DNA from: Bacilli bacterium
GTDB lineage: Bacteria; Bacillota_I; Bacilli_A; RFN20; DUOF01
Direction of reading: 5' to 3'
DNA length: 64,000 bases
Assembly (NCBI GenBank): GCA_045128835.1
Contig: JBGVRX010000002.1
Location: forward strand, 44,145-108,144
Shown: positions 58,415 to 64,000 of the stretch, piece after piece
Layout: every line of letters starts with the position of its first letter
Numbering within the stretch: the first letter of the stretch is position 1
Program-made: the position numbers and the translations under genes
The notes under the pieces: model-generated
Database searches by the model: none
Told to the model about the DNA's origin: nothing
The model's input: the letters and a program-made list of their open reading frames with translations, nothing else

Positions 58415-58470
58415 GAAGCGGTTATGTTGACTAGAAAATAGAGAAATCATATAATTATTATAGTTTTGAG

Positions 58471-58866
58471 GTGATTTTAATGGAGAATAAGGAAAACAAA
58501 AAAAGAAGATTTGAATGGTATCTTTTGGGAGCAATAATTTCAGTAGTAGCTTTTATGGGATTTTATGTTTTTAATGATAATATTATAATATCTGTAGGAT
58601 TAAGTGTTGTTTGCTTGGGGTATAGTTTGTTTTTGAATAGTGCGAAAGGAATGAAACATTCAATTATAAAGACATTGGTTACTTTTATATTATTAGCGAT
58701 TGTAATAATGCTTATAGTATTGCTTAGTCAATCTCAAATAAATATTGCGGAGTTACCTAAAAATATATACGATACTGTTATTACTTCTTTTATACTTTTG
58801 CCAGGTATTGATTTGTTTGTTAAAACTATTGTAATAGTTGCTTATATGTTTTCTTCGGTAGCATAA
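58471..58866 (+). CDS. small membrane protein (4 TM)
   Basis: 131 aa, hydrophobic. Confidence 0.4.
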   Translation: MILMENKENKKRRFEWYLLGAIISVVAFMGFYVFNDNIIISVGLSVVCLGYSLFLNSAKGMKHSIIKTLVTFILLAIVIMLIVLLSQSQINIAELPKNIYDTVITSFILLPGIDLFVKTIVIVAYMFSSVA

Positions 58867-58877
58867 TATATAAAAAT

Positions 58878-59966
58878 ATGAAGAAGATAATCACTAAGAT
58901 ATTAGTTTTATTTTTAACCGTTTCATCTATGATGATTTTTTCATCATGTAAAAAAGTGTCATATGACAACTATAACATTCATGCTGAAGGTATTAAAAAT
59001 ATAATTATTTTAATAGGTGATGGCATGGGTAAAAATCATATTGAGAATACTAAAACTTATTTTGAACTGGGAGAACAATCATTTGAAAAATATTATATTA
59101 CAGATGTAAATACAAATTCTCTTACAGTAGAATCTCCGACAGATAGTGCTGCTGGTGCTACAGCGTTAGCAACAGGAGTTAGTGTAACAAATGGTAGAGT
59201 TGGATATGATGGGAAAAATAATTTAAAAAATATCATGGAATACGCTAGTGATAAAAACATGAAAACCGGGATAGTCACAAATGATTATTTGTTTGGTGCT
59301 ACTCCAGCTGGGTACTCTTCGCATGCAAGTGATAGGACAGATGTAGGGACAATATTAGCAACTCAAAGCACAAGTCCACTAGATTTATTAATAGGCCAAT
59401 ATCACGAGATTTATTATGAATATGAAGAGTTATTTACTTCTAATGATTTTGTTATGTGTGATGAAGAGGAAGAATTATATTCTATAGATTTTTCTAAAAA
59501 AGTTATCGCTAATTTAGATAATATTTATTCTATATATAATCCCGAGATGATTAATCCAATAAATATGGTTGATTTAGCTGAGTACGCAATTGATTATTTG
59601 GATAATGATAATGGTTTTGTTTTAATGATTGAGTGCGCTTATATAGATAAGTTTAGTCATGCTAACGAGATTATTCCTGCTTTATCAGAGGTAAGAACTT
59701 TGTTTGATATAGCAGATTATGTTTTGGAATACATTAAAGACAATGAAGATACAGCTTTAATTATTACTGCAGATCATGAAACTGGAGGATTAATTAAAGC
59801 AGAAAGTAAAGAGAATGTTACTGATTCGTTGTATACAAGTGATGACCATAGTGCTGCGAATGTATCGTTATATTCTATAGGAATAGGACTTGATACTAGT
59901 AAAGTTGTTAGAAATACTTTTATATTTATTGTGTGCTATAAAACTGTAAGTGAAGAAGATAATTAA
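58878..59966 (+). CDS. alkaline phosphatase family lipoprotein (short form)
   Basis: Lipobox FSSC. ILIGDGMG metal site. TDSAAGATALATG (active Ser in DSA). ADHETGG. DDHSAANVSLYSIG. Confidence 0.7.
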   Translation: MKKIITKILVLFLTVSSMMIFSSCKKVSYDNYNIHAEGIKNIIILIGDGMGKNHIENTKTYFELGEQSFEKYYITDVNTNSLTVESPTDSAAGATALATGVSVTNGRVGYDGKNNLKNIMEYASDKNMKTGIVTNDYLFGATPAGYSSHASDRTDVGTILATQSTSPLDLLIGQYHEIYYEYEELFTSNDFVMCDEEEELYSIDFSKKVIANLDNIYSIYNPEMINPINMVDLAEYAIDYLDNDNGFVLMIECAYIDKFSHANEIIPALSEVRTLFDIADYVLEYIKDNEDTALIITADHETGGLIKAESKENVTDSLYTSDDHSAANVSLYSIGIGLDTSKVVRNTFIFIVCYKTVSEEDN

Positions 59967-60062
59967 GTTATTATGGGTTTAAAAAAGGCAAAATATTGTC
60001 TGTTTTAGGCCCATTATTTTATTTAAGTTGTATAATTTAGTTAAAGTATGGAGGATTTTAAA

Positions 60063-61100
60063 ATGGATAAAAACGAAAACATGAAGCAAAACTCTAAAAA
60101 ATTTAGAGTGGGTGTTATTGGTTGTGGTCGTATTTCTGTTAGACATCTTTTGCCTTTAACATCAATTGAAGAAGTTGAACTTGTGGCTTGCTGTGATATC
60201 AAAAAGGATAGAGCAGACGCTGCAGCAAAAGAGTATGGGATAAAGGCATACTATTCATATGAAGAAATGTTAGAGAAAGAAAATTTAGATGCTGTACATT
60301 TGTGCTTACCTCATTATCTTCATTCTAAGGTTGCGATTTGTGCTTTTGAACATGGAGTAAATGTTCTTACAGAGAAACCAATGGATGTAGACTTTGATAG
60401 CGCAGTTAGAGCTGTTGAAGTAGCTAAAGAGAAAGATTTGCAATTTGGTGTAATATTTCAATGCAGATACAATAATCCTGCTCAACTAGTTAAAAAGGCT
60501 GTTACAAGTGGTAAGTTAGGAAAAATATTATCAGCACGTTCTGTTTTAACATGGCATCGTTCAGATGATTATTATAAAAGTAGTGACTGGAAAGGTACTT
60601 GGGATAAAGAAGGCGGCGGTGTTGTAATTGACCAAGCAATTCACTCTATTGATTTAGTAAACTGGATTATTGATAGTGAGATAGAGTCAATTGATTGTAC
60701 TATGCATAATAGAGGGCATAAAATAGTTAGTGTTGAAGATACTGCAGAAGGGTATATTACTTATAAAAATGGAACTAAGTATGGCTTTTACTGTATGAAC
60801 AATTATTGTTGTGATGAACCTATTGAAATTCGTATGTTCTGTGAAAATGGTAAAGTTGTTTTTAGTTATCATGATGCTTATATTACGTATAATGATGGGA
60901 CTATGGAAGAGGCTCATGAAAACAATAAAACAAATGCTGCGGATGGAGGCAAAGATTATTGGGGTTCATGGCATATTCGTCAAATACGTCAATACTATAA
61001 TGCTTTATTAGGCAAAGAAAAACTTGAAATCAGTGGTGAAGAGGCTTTAAAGACACATAAACTTATCATGACTTTATATGATAAAGGTGGAATGAAGTAA
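60063..61100 (+). CDS. Gfo/Idh/MocA family NAD(P)-dependent oxidoreductase
   Basis: Rossmann GVIGCGRIS motif and an EKP motif. RBS ggagga precedes the ATG at 60063. Confidence 0.8.
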   Translation: MDKNENMKQNSKKFRVGVIGCGRISVRHLLPLTSIEEVELVACCDIKKDRADAAAKEYGIKAYYSYEEMLEKENLDAVHLCLPHYLHSKVAICAFEHGVNVLTEKPMDVDFDSAVRAVEVAKEKDLQFGVIFQCRYNNPAQLVKKAVTSGKLGKILSARSVLTWHRSDDYYKSSDWKGTWDKEGGGVVIDQAIHSIDLVNWIIDSEIESIDCTMHNRGHKIVSVEDTAEGYITYKNGTKYGFYCMNNYCCDEPIEIRMFCENGKVVFSYHDAYITYNDGTMEEAHENNKTNAADGGKDYWGSWHIRQIRQYYNALLGKEKLEISGEEALKTHKLIMTLYDKGGMK

Positions 61101-61166
61101 AAAAATATTCCTTGTTATTTAATTTGACAAGGATTTTTTTAATAATTTTTATAGGAGATGATTGTA

Positions 61167-61694
61167 ATGAATCGAAAAGAGATGCATAAAATTGTTTTTT
61201 CTTTATATTGCGTTTTTTGTCTTATTTTAGTGTTTTTTATGAATTTTGGTTATGGATATGTTGTGGAAACGCTTCCAACAACACCATTTGGAGACATAAT
61301 AGAGGAAAGGTTTTTTTATAGTGTTCCTTTACGAGAATTGCTTTTAAAGGATGATGTTAAAGTTTTTGATACTACAACAGCACAGATTAGAGAAAACATT
61401 CCTGGGGCGACAATATTTTTATGGATAAGTATATCTTTAATAATTCTTGCTATTGTTCTTTCAATTATTAATATTTTAACAGAGAAATCGTATTTAAGTT
61501 TTATATGTTCTATTTGCTTGATTATAGCATTTTTCTTGTTTATGCCTATTCCAGCGTTTTATCACAGGGTTAAGGGGGTTGCTGAAGGATTTGTTAGATA
61601 TTTAATGTATCCACTTAGCCAGGTTATTGCAGGTTTGGTAAGTAGCATAATTGTTGCAATTTTTGAAGGCAGAAAATGCTTCGGCGGGAAATAA
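61167..61694 (+). CDS. hypothetical membrane protein
   Basis: Multi-TM. RBS aggaga precedes the ATG at 61167. Confidence 0.4.
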   Translation: MNRKEMHKIVFSLYCVFCLILVFFMNFGYGYVVETLPTTPFGDIIEERFFYSVPLRELLLKDDVKVFDTTTAQIRENIPGATIFLWISISLIILAIVLSIINILTEKSYLSFICSICLIIAFFLFMPIPAFYHRVKGVAEGFVRYLMYPLSQVIAGLVSSIIVAIFEGRKCFGGK

Positions 61695-61721
61695 ACATAA
61701 TTTTTATTAAAGGAGAACATT

Positions 61722-62243
61722 ATGTATACTGTATTAGAAGAAAAAAGAAATGAAAAAAATTTGAATTCTATAGGCTTTTATATTGCAATTAATGAGAATG
61801 GAAATTTATTGATGTTTCCTAGTGGCAAAGGAAGAGATATTCAAGTATATATTGAAAATAATATAAATAATATGACTTTAAATGAGTTTTCTTCATATAG
61901 TTTAAAGTTAATGGATATGTCATTAATGAAAGAAAATATCGATTTTGAGGAAGAGACCATAGATAAATTTCATGATTTTGAAAAAAGTGAGTATAAAGAA
62001 GATAAATGTAAAAGTATGAAGTTAATTAAAATAGAACTCCATAAAACATACCCAAATAAACTTATTATTGTAGATATGGTAAATGTATCTAAGTATGAAT
62101 GGGGCGGAGGCAGATATATGCATTTCTTGCCTATCACTTCAAGTAATGAAGAAGTTTTTGATTATATAAAGAAGGTATATAGTTATAAAGGTCATATGCC
62201 TGGTGCTACTCAAGAGGAAAAGAAAGAATATAGAGTTATGTAA
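61722..62243 (+). CDS. hypothetical protein
   Basis: 173-aa ORF with RBS aaggaga. Confidence 0.4.
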   Translation: MYTVLEEKRNEKNLNSIGFYIAINENGNLLMFPSGKGRDIQVYIENNINNMTLNEFSSYSLKLMDMSLMKENIDFEEETIDKFHDFEKSEYKEDKCKSMKLIKIELHKTYPNKLIIVDMVNVSKYEWGGGRYMHFLPITSSNEEVFDYIKKVYSYKGHMPGATQEEKKEYRVM

Positions 62244-62374
62244 AAGATAGCAAGTAATATTTGCTATCTTTTATTTTGTCATTTTATTATATAGTGAAAT
62301 TTTAGGTTTATAAAATTGTGATATCGTTGTTATGACATTTATCAAATGATAGAATTGATGGTGTATAGAGGTGA

Positions 62375-63055
62375 TTGGTAATGTTCAACTTTTTGAAAAA
62401 AGATAATTCGTACCCAGGATTATTATATAGAGAATATGGTAAAGCTAATAAATTTAATAAAGAAATAGCAATTTTATTTGTTAGTGATACACATAACGCT
62501 TTATATGGTAATGAGAAAGAATTTTCTAAAATTGCTAAAAAAGAATATGATGTTTGTATTTTATTAGGAGATCATAGTAATAGTGATATTGATATTATTT
62601 TAAAATATGTGCCTATAAATAAGATTTATGGTATTTTGGGAAATCATGATACTTTTTCTTTGTACGAAAATTATAATATTGAATCATTGCATAATAAAGT
62701 AGTAGAAGTTAATGGAGTTAAGATTTCAGGATTTCAAGGGTCGTTTAAATATACTAGTAAAGAAAAGCCTTTGTTTACTCATGAGGAGAGTATTGATATT
62801 TTAAATAATTTAGAGGGTTCTGATATTTTTGTTACTCATGATAAGCCTTTCTTGATAGATAATAATGATCCACCTCATGATGGATTAAAGGGAATTACTA
62901 ATTATATTTTTAAAAATAAAATTCCTTTTCATATTCATGGACATCTACATAATAATGAAAGAATGATATTGAAAAATAAATCAATTAGTTATTGTGTTTA
63001 TCCATTTGAATTAATGAAATTTAATACCGATGGAATTAAAACCTCAAAAGTTTAG
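62375..63055 (+). CDS. calcineurin-like metallophosphoesterase
   Basis: Motifs D.H (SDTHN), GDHSNSD, GNHD and H.H (HIHGHLH). Confidence 0.7.
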   Translation: MVMFNFLKKDNSYPGLLYREYGKANKFNKEIAILFVSDTHNALYGNEKEFSKIAKKEYDVCILLGDHSNSDIDIILKYVPINKIYGILGNHDTFSLYENYNIESLHNKVVEVNGVKISGFQGSFKYTSKEKPLFTHEESIDILNNLEGSDIFVTHDKPFLIDNNDPPHDGLKGITNYIFKNKIPFHIHGHLHNNERMILKNKSISYCVYPFELMKFNTDGIKTSKV

Positions 63056-63170
63056 TAAAATCCTAGGGAAATCGGCAAAATTTGTCAAAAAAAGTGATAT
63101 TTATTTGCAAAAAAAATTGAAGAATTTTTAATAATGGTATACAATTAAATCGTTATCTGGAGGTGCAGTT

Positions 63171-64000
63171 GTGGCTAAGGAGTTTAAAGAGATTTTAAAA
63201 GAGGCCAAAAAAGATAACGTTGAGTCAAAATTAATTGTTGCAGATAAGTATGAATCTGATGGAAAATATAAGGACGCTTTTAAATGGTATTTAGAGGCGG
63301 CAAATGACGGGAAGATAGAAGCTCAATTAAAAGTTGCAGATTATTATTTTGATGGAGTATATGCTAAAAAGGATCACACTGAAGCTTGCTTTTGGTATAG
63401 TAAAGCAGCAGACGGTGGGAATATTGAAGCTATGACGAAATTAGCTGATTTGTATAAAGATGGATTCGTTGTTGAAAAGGATTTAGATAAGGCCTTTAAT
63501 TTATATTATAAGGCAGCAGATGCTGGAAATAATGAAGCAAAATATAATTTAGGTGTCATGTACAGAAATGCACTAGGAGTAGAACGAGATGATAATAAGG
63601 CTTTCTACTGGTTTTCTGAAGCAGCAAAAGAAAAGCATGAAAAAGCTATTGTTAACTTAGGATACTGCTATTGCAATGGAATAGGTACTTTTGTTGACCA
63701 AAAAAAAGGTATTGCTTTATACGAACAAATCGCAAAATTAGGCAATAAAACAGCGTTATATAATTTAGGCATGTGTTATAAAGATGGATTTGGTGTTGAG
63801 AAGAACACTAGTCTAGCTATTGCTTGTTTTGAAGAAGCAGGAAAAAAAGGACATGGAAAAGCATTATATGAAATAGGATTAATATATCAAACTAATCCTG
63901 ATTTCAGAAGAAATATAGAGTTTGCCTTAACTAGTTATGAACGTGCGATTAAATGTGGTTGTTTAGAGGCATCAATAAAAATAGCAGAAGTATATTTAGA
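63171..64000 (+). CDS. Sel1/TPR-like repeat protein (partial; runs off the window end)
   Basis: GTG start after RBS ggaggtg. Repeated A..G...A...L(A/G)..Y..G.GV.KD..KA..W(Y/F)..AA modules (>=7 Sel1-like repeats). Not in the ORF track. Confidence 0.65.
   Translation, partial: MAKEFKEILKEAKKDNVESKLIVADKYESDGKYKDAFKWYLEAANDGKIEAQLKVADYYFDGVYAKKDHTEACFWYSKAADGGNIEAMTKLADLYKDGFVVEKDLDKAFNLYYKAADAGNNEAKYNLGVMYRNALGVERDDNKAFYWFSEAAKEKHEKAIVNLGYCYCNGIGTFVDQKKGIALYEQIAKLGNKTALYNLGMCYKDGFGVEKNTSLAIACFEEAGKKGHGKALYEIGLIYQTNPDFRRNIEFALTSYERAIKCGCLEASIKIAEVYL

Noticed and set aside
1-64000. Searched for CRISPR arrays, IS elements/transposases, integrases, prophage genes, tRNA and rRNA genes
   Set aside because: No regularly spaced direct repeats and no DDE/tyrosine-recombinase-like ORFs. 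The many antisense ORFs in the track (e.g. 4713..5033, 7421..7612, 8172..8471, 8901..9125, 10179..10364, 12904..13155, 14287..14562, 17526..17798, 19349..19675, 28349..28597, 34029..34217, 53445..53645, 59093..59278, 60687..60917) lie inside well-supported genes on the opposite strand and were discarded.

Overview
AT-rich (~28-30% GC) Firmicutes chromosomal window. The first ~38 kb is core housekeeping in Bacillus/Clostridium-like order: rplS, lepB, rbgA, rnhB, then rimP-nusA-ylxR-ylxQ-infB-rbfA, pnp, an FtsX-type ABC exporter with a giant lipoprotein, dapA, hsp20, an anaerobic RNR operon (NrdD-like paralog, nrdG, nrdD, trxB), cca, a CDF transporter, ispH, rdgB. Next comes a membrane/metal-homeostasis block (TraX, acyltransferase, DedA, ferritin-VIT1, ZIP, thioesterase, GNAT, APC permease). 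From ~48 kb onward the region looks accessory, with many hypothetical ORFs. Three things stand out. (1) A ~585-nt ORF-free, GC-enriched locus (50.54-51.12 kb) with a near-consensus promoter. It sits immediately upstream of a small 4-TM protein with DxxxD motifs. This is the architecture of OLE RNA plus OapA, or a related large ornate ncRNA. (2) Directly downstream is an unannotated 28-aa Cys-rich peptide gene (MDIKIEDVLDLEVALVDNCGCANGGDKC), not in the ORF track, followed by a strong intrinsic attenuator. After it come a 141-aa unknown protein and two translationally coupled radical-SAM/SPASM enzymes, then a terminator. This is a compact RiPP (sacti-/ranthipeptide-like) cluster of an apparently undescribed type. 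(3) The class III RNR operon is unusual. NrdD carries a C-terminal glutaredoxin/NrdH-like CPxC domain joined by a poly-Thr linker. trxB is co-operonic. A catalytically dead NrdD-like paralog with an ATP-cone but no glycyl-radical domain leads the operon. A candidate NrdR box lies inside the promoter. No rRNA, tRNA, CRISPR or mobile elements were seen.
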